Shown: positions 24,168 to 37,301 of the stretch, in pieces | How the letters are laid out: every line of letters begins with the position of its first letter | How positions within the stretch are numbered: the first letter of the stretch is position 1 | Assembly (NCBI GenBank): GCA_051313645.2 | Contig: JBNRSN020000009.1 | Span: 5,518,001 to 5,582,000 of the forward strand | DNA length: 64,000 nt | From: Centroscyllium fabricii | Taxonomy: Eukaryota | Direction of reading: 5' to 3' | The notes under the pieces: model-generated | Seen by the model: only the letters and a program-made list of their open reading frames with translations | The model's database searches: none | Told to the model about the DNA's origin: nothing | Made by a program: the position numbers and the translations under genes

Positions 24168-24610
24168 CAGGTTGAAGTTCGCTAATCCGGCACCCGAAAA
24201 ACCGGCAACTTCGAACGTCCGGGAATAATTTCCCCGATTGCCCTGCGCATGCGCAAAATGGCCACCGCGATCGATGCTTTGGCGAATGATCTGCGCATGC
24301 GCCGCCGAACGGCGAGTGCATGCGCAGATCATTTACAGTGGCTGAGCCTGGCGGCTGCGCGCCTCCCTGAGCCTGGCCGCTGCGCGCCTCCCTGAGCCTG
24401 GCCGCTGCGCGCCTCCCTGAGCCTGGCCGCTGCGCGCCTCCCCCGAATGATCAGCGCATGCGCAGACCGCTCAAAATGACCGCCGGCCTTTCACTGCGGC
24501 CATTTTGAATGGTCTGCGCATGCGCTCGCCGAAACTTCAATCGTTCGGGATTTTCACTTGTCCGGTACGGACTTGGTCCTGCCCGTGCTGGATTAACGAA
24601 CTTCAACCTG
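24168..24610. mobile_element. Tc1/mariner MITE (CAGGTTG TIR family) with 4 x 25-bp internal tandem repeat (24342-24441)
   Basis: TIR CAGGTTGAAGTTCG(C/T)TAATCC, TA TSD. Confidence 0.88.
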
Positions 24611-25683
24611 TATTCGTGGTTGACTCATGATGCCCTCCACAGTGTCCTAGCAAACCACTCCATTGGAAAAACAGTCGCCACGATGCAGAACGCCCAGCAT
24701 CTTCGCAGAGCAGCTGGGATTGGGCAGTCAGTGTGGCTTGGGTTGAGGGCACCCATACCCCAAGAACAAATGAGTAAAGAAGTGATCGTTGTGCAAAATC
24801 TGCAAGTCCAACAACTTTGAACGAGTTTCTGATTAGTTCACGAGCACAGGACACCAAATATGAGCACAGGACACCAAATATGAATTCAGAGTAATTTAAG
24901 AGTGATTCTAATAAAAATTCTTATTCATACTTTGACCCTCTCCCACCTTTTAAATTTTGCGTATGGTACAGGTGGGGGGATTTTTTTAAATTTGTTCCTG
25001 GTATGTGGGTATCGCTGGCAAGGCCAGCATTTATTACCCATCCCTGGTTGCCCTTGAGAAGGTGGTGGTGAGCCGTCTTCTTGAACCGCTGCAGTCCGTG
25101 GGCTGGAGGTACTCCCACAGTGCTGTTAGGGAGGCAGTTCCAGGATTTTGACCCAGCAACGATGAAGGATCGGCGATATATTTCCAAGTCAGGATAGTGT
25201 GTGACTTGGAGTGGAACTTGGAGGTGGTGGTGTTCCCATGCACCTGCTGCCCTTGTCCTTCTAGGTGGAAGAGGTTGTGGGTTTGGGAGGTGCTGCCGAA
25301 GAAGCCTTGACGAGTTGCTGCAGTGCATCTTGTAGATGGTACACACTGCAGCCACGGTGCACCAGTGGTGGAGGGAGTGAATGCTTAAGGTGGAGGATGG
25401 GGTGCCAATCAAGTAGGCTGCTTTATCCTGGATAGTGTCGAGCTTCTTGAGTGTTGTTGGAGCTGCACTTATGCAGGCAAGTGGAGAGTATTCCATCACA
25501 CTCCTGACTAGTGCCTTGTAGATGGTGCAAAGGCTTTGGGGAGTCGGGAAGTGAGACACTTGCCACAGAATACCCAGCTCTTGTTGCCACTGTATTTATG
25601 TGGCTGGTCCAGTTAAGTTTCTGGTCAATGTTGATGGCGAGGGATTTGGCGATGGTAATGCCGCTAAATGTCAAGGGGCCGTG

Positions 25684-28600
25684 TGTGGTGTAATCTGATA
25701 GCATAATGGCAACGGGCATTATGGGAGGGTCAAAGGGCAAAGTGCATTACTTGAGGTTCCGGGTCACAGAACTGGAGGGAAACTGAAACCAAATGTACTG
25801 TGTTAACATGTGTTCTGGTTGCTGAAATAAATCACACAAAAGATTTTCTCTCTTGATGTTTTTGCCCACGCGCAAGTTTGAATAATACGACATGGTGTCA
25901 GAGTGACTTCAAGTGAGTGTAGCGAGAGTTGTTTTGCCGTGTTCTGAAGAAGTTTGGTCGAGAGTTGTGAATCAGTGCTAGCTAGGCTACTATGTCGACG
26001 GACGAAGCTGTCGGAAGACAACAAGCCGGTCCGAGTCCACAACAGGTAGCAGCAGACGCGGGGATGGCTCAACCACCACCCGTGCCGGGGCCCAGTGCTA
26101 CATTCAGCATCCAGCCACCGGAGCCGTTTGACTTCACCAAACCCCAAGAATGGGAAAAGTGGATACGGAGGTTTGAGTGCTTTCGTCAGGCCGGAAACCT
26201 CCATACAACCACACAGGCGAACCAAGTGAACGCTCTTATGTACTATATGGGAGACGAAGCGGATGACGTTCTGAAAGTACTGAATCTATCCGACACTCAA
26301 CAACTACAGTATGACGCAGTAAGAGATGGATTTCTGGCATTCATTGTGTTGAAGAAGAACGTGAGTTATGAAAGAGCACGTTTTAATATGAGGAAGCAAG
26401 GAACAGGTGAAACAATCGATTCTTTTGTGACCGCATTGTATACCTTGGCTGAACACTGTAACTACAGAGCTTTGCACGATGAACTGATTAGGGACAGGTT
26501 GGTTGTCGGGCTAGCAGACGTGTGCCTGTCAGAGAGAATGCAGCTGGATAAAGACCTCACGCTAGAAAAAGCGATGGCAATGGCCAGACAGACAGAAGCA
26601 GTGAGACAGCAACAGTGCAACCTGCGGGGAGAAAATACTAAGGAGACATGCTCTGTGGATAGAGTCGTGAGTAAAGGCAAACAATTTCAGAGAAATAAGA
26701 AGTTTAACAAGCCAAACAAAACGTACACAGAGAAAAATAAGACACAGTCAAAATCATGCTTCAAATGTGGAAACAGTCCCTCACATCCAAAAACGGAGTG
26801 CCCTGCTAATGATGTAATGTGTCATGCGTGTGGCAAGAAAGGCCACTATAAGCGTGTGTGTGCATCCTCTAAAGTTGTGCACGAGGTACAAGAAGAAGAG
26901 GAGGACAGCAGCTTATTCCTGGGCACAGCGGCAGCAGGCGGAGATCCTTGGATGGTGAACCTGAAGATCAAAGACAGAAAGGTCAAATTTAAAATAGACA
27001 CTGGCGCTGATGTGACTGTTATCCCTGACTTTGTGTTTAATACTGTATTCAAAGGTGACATTCCAAAACTTCAACAAGCAGAGGCCGATACTGGGACCAG
27101 GATGCTCTCCACTGGATGTCCTGGGAGTCTCAAACAGCACGCTACAGAAAGGAGGACAGCAGATACAAGAGGACGTGTATGTGATAAGAAACCTGCACAC
27201 AGCGTTACTAGGCAGACCCGCCATCACCAAGCTGGAGCTGGTGGCACGACTTAACACCGTTGACCTGGACACACTGAAAAATAGTTATCCAAAGCTGTGC
27301 AGTGGTCTTGGCCTTATACAGCAGCCATACACCATCAAGCTGAAACCTGGGGCGGAGCCATTCTCCCTGAAGACACCACGACGGGTACCTCTTCCACTGA
27401 TGCCGAAGGTGAAAAAAGAACTTGAGCGCATGGAAAGGATAGGAGTTATCAGCCGGGTAGAGGAGCCCACTGAATGGTGCTCAGGCATGGTAGTAGTAGC
27501 AAAAAAGTCAGGAGAGCCTCGCATATGTGTCGATCTCACAATGCTAAACAAGTCAGTGTGTAGGGAGAAGTATATACTGCCTTCAGTAGAGCAGACTCTA
27601 GGCTCACTAGCTGATGCTCAGATCTTTAGCAAGCTAGACGCAAACATGGGCTTCTGGCAAATACCGCTAGCCGAAGAATCAGCTAAACTGACGACCTTTA
27701 TTACACCATTCGGGAGATATTACTTTAATAGGTTACCCTTAGGGATTGCATCGGCACCCGAGCACTTCCAGAATAGAATGGTCACAGAGATCACTGAGGG
27801 CTTAGAGGGCGTCATTTGCCATATGGATGATGTACTAATATGGGGGCGCACGCAGACAGATGCCTCTCCACTGGCTGGAGTCATACCTAGCACAAAGGTA
27901 TATCAGAAGTCAATCATGCAGTGTTGAGGAAGATAGAGAAGGCAGGAATAACTCTCAACATGGAGAAATGTGAGTTCTCAGTAAGGGAAGTTAAATTCCT
28001 GAGTCACATAATTACAGATGAGGGAGTAAAGTCAGACCCGACTAAAACAGCAGCAGTAAGAGAGATGCAGGAGCCCACCAATGTAAGTGAGCTACGCAGC
28101 TTCCTGGGGATGGTGAATCAGTTAGGAAAGTTTATCCCTCAGCTAGCAGAAAAGGATAAACCACTGAGACTTGCTGTCTAAGAAAAATCACGGGCTCTGG
28201 GGAGTCGACCAGGTCAAAGCCTTCAACAGCCTGAAGGAGGAGCTGTCGAGTACACCTGTGCTAGCTCTGTATGATCCCAACAAAGAGAGTAAGGTGTCAG
28301 CAGACGCGTCTAGTTTCGGACTGGGAGCGGTCCTTCTACAGAAATGGGACGAGGAATGGAGGCCTGTCGCCTACGCTTCCAGATCTCTCTCACCAGTCGA
28401 GCAGAGATACGCACAGATAGAAAAAGAGGCGCTGGCGCTGACATGGGCCTGTGAAAGGTTCAGAGACTTTCTGATAGGCCAACACTTTGAGCTAGAGACG
28501 GATCATAAACCTCTGCTAAGTCTCCTGGGGGCCCAAACTTTGGATGCCTTACCCCCCAGGATCCAGCGTTTCAGAATGAGACCGATGAGGTATTCTTACA

Positions 28601-30443
28601 TAATATCTCATGTTCCTGGAAAACGCTTGTGGACTGCAGACACGCTGTCACGAGCACCGATGGAGAACAACGCAGTAGACACAGAGCTCATGGAGAGCAC
28701 AAACATCTATGTGGACAGCATCATGGAGAACCTCCCAGCGCACGTTTCCTACCTGGACAACCTGAGAGAGCACCTGAAAACGGACAACGTGTGCTCTACC
28801 GTCATGCGGATGTGTCGGGATGGATGGCCTGAGTACAACGCATGTGAGGGAATTTTAAAACGGTACTGGACGGAGCGCGCCTTCCTAACCGTACAGGACG
28901 GTCTTTTACTGAAGGGCACAAGGCTGGTCATTCCTTCACCCCTAAGGAATGATGTCCTCGATAAGCTACATGAAGGACATCAGGGTGTCGTGAAATGTAG
29001 GGAGCGGGCGCGACAGAGTGTGTGGTGGCCTGGCCTGAGCCAGCAGCTAAACGAGCTAGTGCTAAGCTGTAGAACCTGTATCAGGGAACGTACAAACCAT
29101 GCAGAGCCGCTCATCCAGACAGAACTTCCTGGCAGAAGTTAGGGGCGGATTTGTTTGCACTTAAAGGAAAAACTTACCTGCTGGTGGTGGACTATTACTC
29201 AAGGTATGTTGAGATAGCGAACCTCACCTTCACTAAGTCCACTGATGATACAGTTCATCTTAAATCAATGTTCGCGCGTCATGGAATACCTGAGACACTA
29301 GTGACTGATAACGGGCCACAATTCTCGTGTGGCACATTCTCAGCCTTCGCCGCGACATATGGATTCCAGCATGTGACCAGCAGCCCGAGATATCCGAAAA
29401 GCAACGGAGAAGCAGAACGTGCTGTTCAGACGGTAAAGAACCTCCTCAAGAAAGCCACTGATCCGTATCTTGCCTTGCTGGCATACAGATCAACGCCACT
29501 CCGGAACGGATTTAGTCCTGCTCAGCTGCTCATGGGGTGCCAGCTTCGCACTACTGTGCTAACCTCTCCATCACTATTGGACCCAGCACTGCCGAGCAGC
29601 ACCATAGTTAAGTCGAAGGAGAAGGAGAGAAGGAGCGCTGATCTGACACGCTACAACAAGCGTCACCGAGCGTCTGATCTCAGCAGTCTCCCATCCGGGC
29701 AACAGGTGTGGGTGACTGACGCCAAAGTCACTGGGACTGTGGTGAATGAACACTCAGCACCACGATCCTACATAGTAGACGTGCCTCAGGGGACTGTACG
29801 TAGAAACAGGCACCATCTTATTCCTATGGACAGACCTGAGAGCGTCATGGACACAACCAACTTACAGGTGCCTGCCCAGGCACACACTCCTGTGTCAACC
29901 CCGAGACCACAAACACCTAGTCAGGAGCACACTTTCAGAACGAGATCTGGAAGACCTGTAGTAAAACCCACTAGACTGGACTTGTGAAAAAAATGGTTAA
30001 GATAACAACTGGGGGGGAAAGAAACATTGCTGTGTAAAGAATTGAATGTGGGGAATGCAAATCTTGGTCACTATTTATGGAAAATTCCTTATATAAGGTG
30101 TTCTGATAAAGGGAATTGTTATGTGACAATATTGTTTCAGAGAAAATACTTATGTTTATGGCAATGTTAATTTATAAGCCTAAAGTAAACAAAGAAGCAA
30201 AGGTATGGTTTTGTTTAACTGAAAAGGGGAGATGTGGTGTAATCTGATAGCATAATGGCAAGGGGCATTATGGGAGGGTCAAAGGGCAAAGTGCATTACT
30301 TGAGGTTCCGGGTCTCACAGAACTGGATGGAAACTGAAACCAAAAGTACTGTGTGAACATGTGTTCTGGTTGCTGAAATAAATCACACAAAAGATATACT
30401 CTCTTGATGTTTTTGCCCACGCGCAAGTTTGAATAATATGACG
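25684..30443 (+). mobile_element. Full-length Mag-clade Gypsy element, frameshifted
   Basis: LTRs 25684-25892 and 30233-30443; TSD CCGTG/CAGTG; PBS TGGTGTCAGAGTG (tRNA-Leu-like); PPT AAAAGGGGAGA; gag with two CCHC knuckles, KIDTGA, HMDD, SADAS and integrase TDNG across ORFs 25992-29987. Confidence 0.95.
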
Positions 30444-30812
30444 CAGTGGTTAGACTCTCACTTGTTTGAGATGATCATTGCCTGGCACTTGTGTGTGGTG
30501 AGAATGTTACTCGCCACTTATCAGCCCAAGCCTGAATGTCATCGAAGTCTTGCTGCATGCGGGCATGGATTGCTTCATTATCTGAGGAGTTGTGAATGGA
30601 ACTAAACATTGCAATCATCAGCGAACATCACCACTTCTGACATTTTAATGGTGGGAAGGTCATTGATGAAGCAGGTGAAATGGTTTGGCCGAGGACACTA
30701 CCCTGAGGAACTCCTGCAGCAATGTCCTGGGGCTGAGATGATTGACTTCTGATATACCTTTGTGCTAGGTATGACTCCAGCCAGTGGAGAGGCATCTGTG
30801 ACAAGTAGATTG

Positions 30813-31436
30813 ATGCAAAAAGTCACACAACACCAGGTTTAAAGTCCAACGTTTTATTTTAAATCACAAGCTTTCGGAGCTTTTGCCCCTTCGTCAGGCA
30901 AAGAGAAACTGAAGTCAAAGATCACACATGGGGGAGGGGAGAAATCTGATCCCAAACATCCAACCCTAGAGCACACAAGCATATTAGCATACCTTAACAC
31001 CTCAGTCTGCGAACAATGGGGCACAATTGCAGGGAGGTCACATGCTGCAAAACAGTGATTTTTTGTCCTTTTTTAAAGCAAAAAAAAAGACAAAAAAGAT
31101 GCATCAAAGGGGTGCAGTCCTTTTTTGTCTTTTTTTTTAAAAAAAGAAAAAAAATCTGTGTTTTGCAGCATGTGACCTCCCTGCAATTGTGCCCCATTGT
31201 TCGCAGACTGAGGTGTTAAGGTATGCTAATATGCTTGTGTGCTCTAGGGTTGGATGTTTGGGATCAGATTTCTCCCCTCCCCCATGTGTGATCTTTGACT
31301 TCAGTTTCTCTTTGCCTGACGAAGGGGCAAAAGCTCCGAAAGCTTGTGATTTAAAATAAAACGTTGGACTTTAAACCTGGTGTTGTGTGACTTTTTGCAT
31401 TTGTCCACCCCAGTCCAACACCGGCACCTCCGCATT
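30813..31436 (+). mobile_element. Penelope-like inverted pseudo-LTR pair (242-bp inverted arms 30813-31054 and 31159-31400, plus tail)
   Basis: Arm coordinates are symmetric with no indel; TSD ACAAGTAGATTG(ATG) at 30801 and 31437; each arm carries a hammerhead motif. Confidence 0.88.
31312..31349 (+). ncRNA. Minimal type I hammerhead ribozyme (mirror copy at 30864-30901 on the minus strand)
   Basis: TTGC-CTGACGA-A-GGGGC-AAAA-GCTCC-GAAA-GCTT-GTGA: CUGANGA and GAAA core, stem II, palindromic AGCU stem III. Confidence 0.75.
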
Positions 31437-32085
31437 ACAAGTAGATTGATGAGGATGAGGTCAAGTAGGTTTTTCCCTCACGTCCTGCTGCAGGCCCAGT
31501 CTGGCAGCTAAATCCTTCAGGACTCGGCCAGCTTGGTCAATAATGGTGCTGCTGAGCCACTTTTGGTGATGGACATTGAAGTCCCCCACCCAGAGTACAT
31601 TGTGTGTCCTTGCTACCCTCAGTGCTTCATCCAAGTGGTGTTCAACATGGAGGAGAACTGATTTCATCAGCTGAGATAGGGTGGTAGATGTTAATCAGCA
31701 GGCGGTTTCCTTGCCCATGCTTGACCTGATGCCATGAGACTTCATGGGGTCCGGAGTCGATGTTGAGGACTCCCAGGGCCACTGCCTCCTGACTGTATAC
31801 CATGGTGCCTCCACCTCTGGTGGGTCTGTGCTGCCGGTGGGACAGGACATACCCAGGGATGGTGATGGAGTCGTCGGGGACATTGGCTGAATGGTACGAT
31901 TCTGTGAGTATGACTATGTCGGGCTGTTGCTTAACTAGGCTGTGGGATAGCTCTCCTACTTTTGGCACAAGTCCCTAGATGTTAATGAGGGGGACTTTGC
32001 AGGGTCAACTGGGCTGGGTGTACCATTGTGTCCGAAGCCAGTGCTGAGGTCGATGCCGCGTCCTCCGTCTGGTTTTATTCTTATT

Positions 32086-32829
32086 GGGTGCGAAATTGGC
32101 GCTCTAGAGCTGGCCCGTTAGTGGGCGCTAATCGGGCGCCGCACAATTAGCAGTAGGAACCGCACCCAATGCTAAATTGAGCTGGGCGCTAAGTTGGGGG
32201 CTAACTGGTAGCGCCCCAACGAATTTAGCGCCCAGCTGGAGGTCACGAATGACGTCATCAGGCTGTGCAGCATCTGGGAGGTGCCCACGGCCGAAATTGG
32301 GCAGTGCCCGCTCTTTTGTCACTGGGTGCTGCCCGCGCCAGCTTTCCCCTGCCCAAACAGCAGCGCTCGAGCGCTGCTTAAAGGGGAGTGCGGTGGTCGG
32401 CCATTTTTTATTGCTGGCCGACCGCCAGCACCTTCCCCCTCGGCCTCCCCCGCTGCTCCCCCGGCGGGGTGAGGCCTCGGTCAGCTGAGCCCGGCACTTC
32501 CCCCGAGTGCCGAGCTCGTTCTCCGCCTCCTGCTCCCCGCGGGGCTCCGGCCGCACCCGTGCTAGGCCCCTCCCCTTTAATGGGGGGAGGAAGGCCTGCC
32601 GTTCCGCGGGCCGCCGCTACGGCTGCCTTAGCACAGCGCTGCCCCAATGCCCCGGTTTTCGGCCGCCTTGCACCAAGAGCGAGACAGCCCTCCCGATTCA
32701 GTGCTTGCCCACCCGTAATGGGTGATGCCAGCCAATATTGTCATTTTTAGCGCCAGCTCATCGCTGGTGCTAAAAATAGCGCATCGCCCGGGTCAGCGCA
32801 ACAATGTGAGCGCTGACCAATTTTTCCCC
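32086..32829. mobile_element. Harbinger-like MITE, GC/CpG-rich
   Basis: Imperfect TIRs GGGTGCGAAATTGG / CCAATTTTTCCCC, 3-bp TSD ATT. Confidence 0.65.
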
Positions 32830-33316
32830 ATTGTTTTTTGGAGCGTTTTTTTACAACTGAGTGGCTTGCTAGGCCATTTTAGAGGGCAGTTAAGAGTCAA
32901 CCACATTGCTGTGGGTCTGGAGTCACAACTCGGCCAGACCGAGTAAGGGCAGCAGATTTCCTTCCCTAAAGGACATTAGTGAACCAGATGAGTTTTGTCA
33001 TTATTACGTTGGATTAAATGTACATTTAGAACATGCTGTGCAGTTCTGTAAACTCCTCATTACTGTGCTTTCATGAGAGAAAGAACTTGCATTTCTATAG
33101 CACCTTTCACAGCATCCGGATGTCCCAAAGCACTTTACAGCCAATGAAGTACTTTTGAAGTGTCGTAATGTAGGAAACGCGGCAGTCAATTGGCACACAG
33201 CAAGCTCCCACAAATAGCAATGGGATAATGACCCGATGATCTGTTGTTGGTGATGTTGGTTGAGGCATAAATATTGGCCATGACACACCGGGGAGAACTC
33301 CCCTGCTCTTCTTCAA

Positions 33317-33496
33317 TGATGTGGAGGTGCCGGTGTTGGCCTGGGGTGGACAATTATAAGAAGTCTCACAACACCAGGTTATAGTCCAACAGTTGTATTT
33401 GAAATCACAAGCTTTCGGAGCGCAGCTGCGCTCCGAAAGCTTGTGATTTCAAATAAAACTGTTGGACTATAACCTGGTGTTGTGTGACTTCTTACA
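33317..33496 (-). mobile_element. Penelope-like fold-back insertion in a DeuSINE (palindrome 33357-33494)
   Basis: Centre GGAGCGCAG|CTGCGCTCC; TSD GCTCTT(C/T)TTCAA at 33305-33316 and 33497-33508. Confidence 0.85.
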
Positions 33497-34561
33497 GCTC
33501 TTTTTCAAAATAGTGCTGTGGGTTCTTTTACATCCACCTGTGAGATGAGACGGGGTCTTGGTTTAACGCCTCATCTGAAAAACGGCTCCTCCGACAGTGC
33601 AGTGCCCTCTCCGTTCTGCACTGGATTGTCAGCCTAGATTCTGCGCTAAATTTTTGGAGTGACACTTGATCCTTCTGACTCCGAGGCCAGAATGCGACCA
33701 GTGAGCCACTGCTGACGCACAAAGTTATCCATTGCAAATAATTGTGTTCCCATCTAGTTCCGCTGTAACATTGGGTCATGTAAGAACAGAAACAGTTTCA
33801 ACCTATTAATTGCTTTAAAAATCTATAATGCGTAGGTTTTCAAACAGGGCACTCAAGGTACGGACATTGAATTTCTTGTTGGTCTGTCATCAGATTTCTG
33901 TGCTACTCTGTAAATCCTCTTCTACTTAACAGCAGTCCTGGCATCTCAAAGTATTTCATTGGATGTGAGGTGCTTTTTGAGATTTGTTATAAGGCGCTAT
34001 ATAAATCCAAGCCTTTCTTTACTGACGTGTTTATTTTTAAACACTGCATTATATATGAGATATTTTCTATTACGATAGCACTGGGCAGCTTAAGCTGGCT
34101 TTCAGCAGTTAGGACAAGCAGTCTCCAAGAGTATGTTGGCATTTCTCCAAGTAGTCACATAGACAGGTTGGACAGCCACTGCACGAGCTATCTGAACTGT
34201 TCAGTTCCAGGCACTGTATCTTAGGAAGGATAGAATGGATTTTGAGGGGCTGACAGATTCACCAGACTGATAGCGGGCTTAGACGGTTAAATTGATGGAT
34301 TACATAAACTTGGCTTCTATTCCCTTCCGGATAGGAGATTGAGGGGTTATCCGATTGAGGTGTTTGCAATGTTAAAAGGTTTGGCTAGGATAGATGCAGA
34401 GGAACTATTTCCTCTGGTGGGGGAATCCAGAACAAAGGGGTTAATACAATTAGAGCAAGACTATTCAGGAGGTAAATCAGGAAGCACTTTTTCACACAAA
34501 GGTTAACTGAAATCTGGAACACTCCTCAAAGGCTGTGGATGCTTGGGGACAACTGGAGCTT

Positions 34562-36390
34562 TCAAGTTCAAGTTTATTGTCACATGTACTAAATACAATC
34601 TAGACAGTGAAATGCTTCCTGCGATCCGAATGCACCGCGCAACAAGGACATTAAGCTGCCCGGCACGCACGAGACCGCAAGACGTCAGCCATTCTCCGGC
34701 GCCGCCATCGTGGGTCCCGATCCTGCTCCGTCCTCTCAGTTCGATGTTAATTGTCCTCTACCGCTCCGTTAACTTGCTCTGCCGCTGTTTCTTCCGTTGT
34801 TTCTCTTGACTTGACTCCTTTCGGCCGGACACCATGCCGAATCAACCTTGAGCATCGAGGCACTGAATGGAGGATTTCCGCTGCGAAGGAAAAATGGTCG
34901 GAATGTTGGCTGAGTTCCAACTGGTAAAATAGATGGGGGAGAGTCAGTAGATGAGTCAGTACCTTGACTTCCAGAAAGCCTTCGATAAGCATGCAAAATC
35001 AAGGCTCGGGATTGGGGGCAAAGTACTGACGTGGATAGAGAACTGGCTGGCTGATAGAAAACAGAGAGTTGGAATAAACGGCTCGTTTTCTGAGTGGCAG
35101 GTGGTGTCTAGTGGGGTGCCACAGGGATCTGTCCTGGGACCCCAGCTGTTCACAATATATATTAATGATCTGGACCAGGGAATTGGATGCAACATCTCCA
35201 AATTTGCAGACGACACTAAACTAGGAGTGGTGGGGTGGGGGGGGGGGCTCTGAAGAGGATGTCAGGAAGCTCCAGTGCGATTTGGCCAAGTTGGGGGAAT
35301 GGGCGGATACATGGCAAATGCACTATAATGTGGATAAATGTGAAGTTATCCACTTTGGGGGCAAAAACAGGAGGGCAGATTATTATTTAAATGGCAATAG
35401 ATTGGGAGATGGGGAAGTGCAGAGAGACCTGGGTGTTCTTGTGCACCAGTCACTGAGGGCGAGCATGCAGGTGCAACAGGCGGTTAAGAAGGCAAATGGT
35501 ATGTTGGCCTTCATATCAAGAGGGTTCGAGTATAGGAATAAGGATACCTTACTACAGCTGTACAAGGCACTGGTGAGACCACACCTTGAGTATTGTGTAC
35601 AGTTTTGGTCGCCTCATCTGAGGAAGGATGTTCTTGCCATGGAAGGAGTGCAGCGGCGATTCACCAGGATGATACCTGGAATGGCAGGAATGACCTACGA
35701 GGAGAGATTGTGTAGTTTGGGCTTGTACTCGCTGGAGTTTAGACGATTGAGAGGAGATCTCATAGAAACATATAAAATTCTGACAGGCCTGGACAGGTTA
35801 AATTCAGAAAGAATGTTTCCAATGGCGGGGGAGTCCAGAACCAGGGGCCACAGTCTAAGGATAAGGGGTAAACCATTTAGAACAGATATGAAGAAGAATT
35901 TCTTCACCCAGAGAGTGGTGAGCCTGTGGAATTCCTTGCCACAGAGGGCAGTGGAGGCCAGTTCATTAAATATATTTAAGAGGGAATTGGATACATTTCT
36001 TCAGGCTAAAGGGATTAAGGGTTACGGAGAGAAGGCGGGGACAGGGTACTGAACTTGAAAGATCAGCCAAAGACCAGCCATGATCTCATTAAATGGCGGA
36101 GCGGGCTCGAAGGGCCGAATGGCCTAATCCTGCTCCTATCTTCTATGTTTCTATGGCTCCCCCGAATCCACGTAGCTCCGAACTCCGGAGCAGCGTCCCT
36201 AGGCCTGGGGTCCAGCTCTCCTCCCGGCACCCCCGAGCTCCGGGCCTGAGGCCTGGGGCCTAGCCCAGCCCCCTCCAGGCGCCATCCCGGCTCCCCTGAG
36301 CTCCGGGCCTGGGGCCTAGCCCAGCCCCCTCCAGGCACCATCCCAGTCTGGGGCCTAGCTCTCGGCCCGGTGCCATCACCGGATCCCCCC
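34562..36390 (-). mobile_element. Non-coding GC-rich retroposon fragment with a Rex1-like tail, split by a CR1 (second copy ~52405-57895 split by a Gypsy)
   Basis: 34562-34839 plus 36155-36250 is collinear with 57548-57895; minus-strand tail GACAATAAACTTGAACTTGAA. Confidence 0.6.
34925..36154 (+). mobile_element. Young 5'-truncated CR1 (HER1-like) LINE
   Basis: [10 protein letters not shown]...[20 protein letters not shown]...KFADDTKL; open 256-aa C-terminus 35282-36052; frameshift at a G-run; (TTCTATG) tail. Older CR1 3' fragments at ~13490-13800, 34220-34560, 36400-37535, 39975-40430 and 49040-49660. Confidence 0.92.
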
Positions 36391-36943
36391 GGATCTTGGG
36401 GGAATTGGAGCTTTCAAGGCGTGAGATCGATAGATTTTTGTGAGTTAAGGTTGTCGAGGGATACGGAGCTAAGGCGGGTAAATGGAGTTGAGGTACAGAT
36501 CAGCCAGGATCGAATTGAATGGTGCAGAAAACTTGAGGCGATGAGTGACCGACACCACCTCCTGTGTTCCTTTCTGAAGCTGTTAGTTGACGGTTGGTAA
36601 TTGGACCCTTCCAAAGAGCCAGCACAGGCACGATGGGCCGATTGGCCTCCTTCTATGCTGCGTGATTCGATGATTCTAAAGTGTGCAACACACGTACACT
36701 TGCCTTTCAGGCTGCCTCTGTTTAAATTGGAACGGTATCAGGCTTCAGTTATGTGGCGAGATTAGTGAAGCTGGGATTGTTCTCCTTAGAGCAGAGAAGG
36801 TTAAGGGGAGATTTAATGGAGGTGTTCAAAATTGAGGGGTTGTGATGGTGGATAGAGATAAATTATTTCCACCTGCAGGTGGGTCAGTCACCAGAGGGCA
36901 CAGGTTTAAGATAATCGGCAAAAGAGCCAGTGGGGAGATGAAA

Positions 36944-37301
36944 CACACAAGATAGGAGCAGGAGTCGGCCATTCGGCCCTTCGAATCTGCTCCGCCATTT
37001 TGATGAGATCATGGCTGATCATCCAAACCCAGCACCCCCCTACTACCCTCTCCCCATATCCCCCGACACCCCCAACTCTAAGAACGATATCTCACACACA
37101 TAATCATGGGCAATTTTTAGTATCTCCAATTCACCTAACCTGCATGTCTTTGGGTGGTGGGAGGAAACCGGAATACCCGGAGGAAACCCATACGAACACG
37201 GGGAGAACATGCAAACTCCACGCAGAGAGGTCCCGGGCCAAGCAGGATTCGAACCCAGGAGCTCCTTATTGCGAGGCAGCAGTGCTAACCACTGTGCCAC
37301 C
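36944..37301 (-). mobile_element. V-SINE inserted in a CR1 fragment
   Basis: tRNA-like head, V-domain and CR1 tail. Confidence 0.8.

Larger units (their letters stand above)
24983..33000 (-). mobile_element. Degenerate, internally deleted CR1-group LINE (APE plus RT remnants) interrupted by Gypsy, Penelope and Harbinger insertions
   Basis: APE motifs QQPDIVILTES...RGGG...WVGDFNVHH (31461-31968); C-terminus IYKALVRSVMEYSPLA (24921-25559). A second 3' copy lies at ~48290-48715. Confidence 0.75.

Noticed and set aside
30994-31219. Two near-identical 67-aa ORFs on opposite strands
   Set aside because: They are an artefact of the inverted repeat and have no coding signature.
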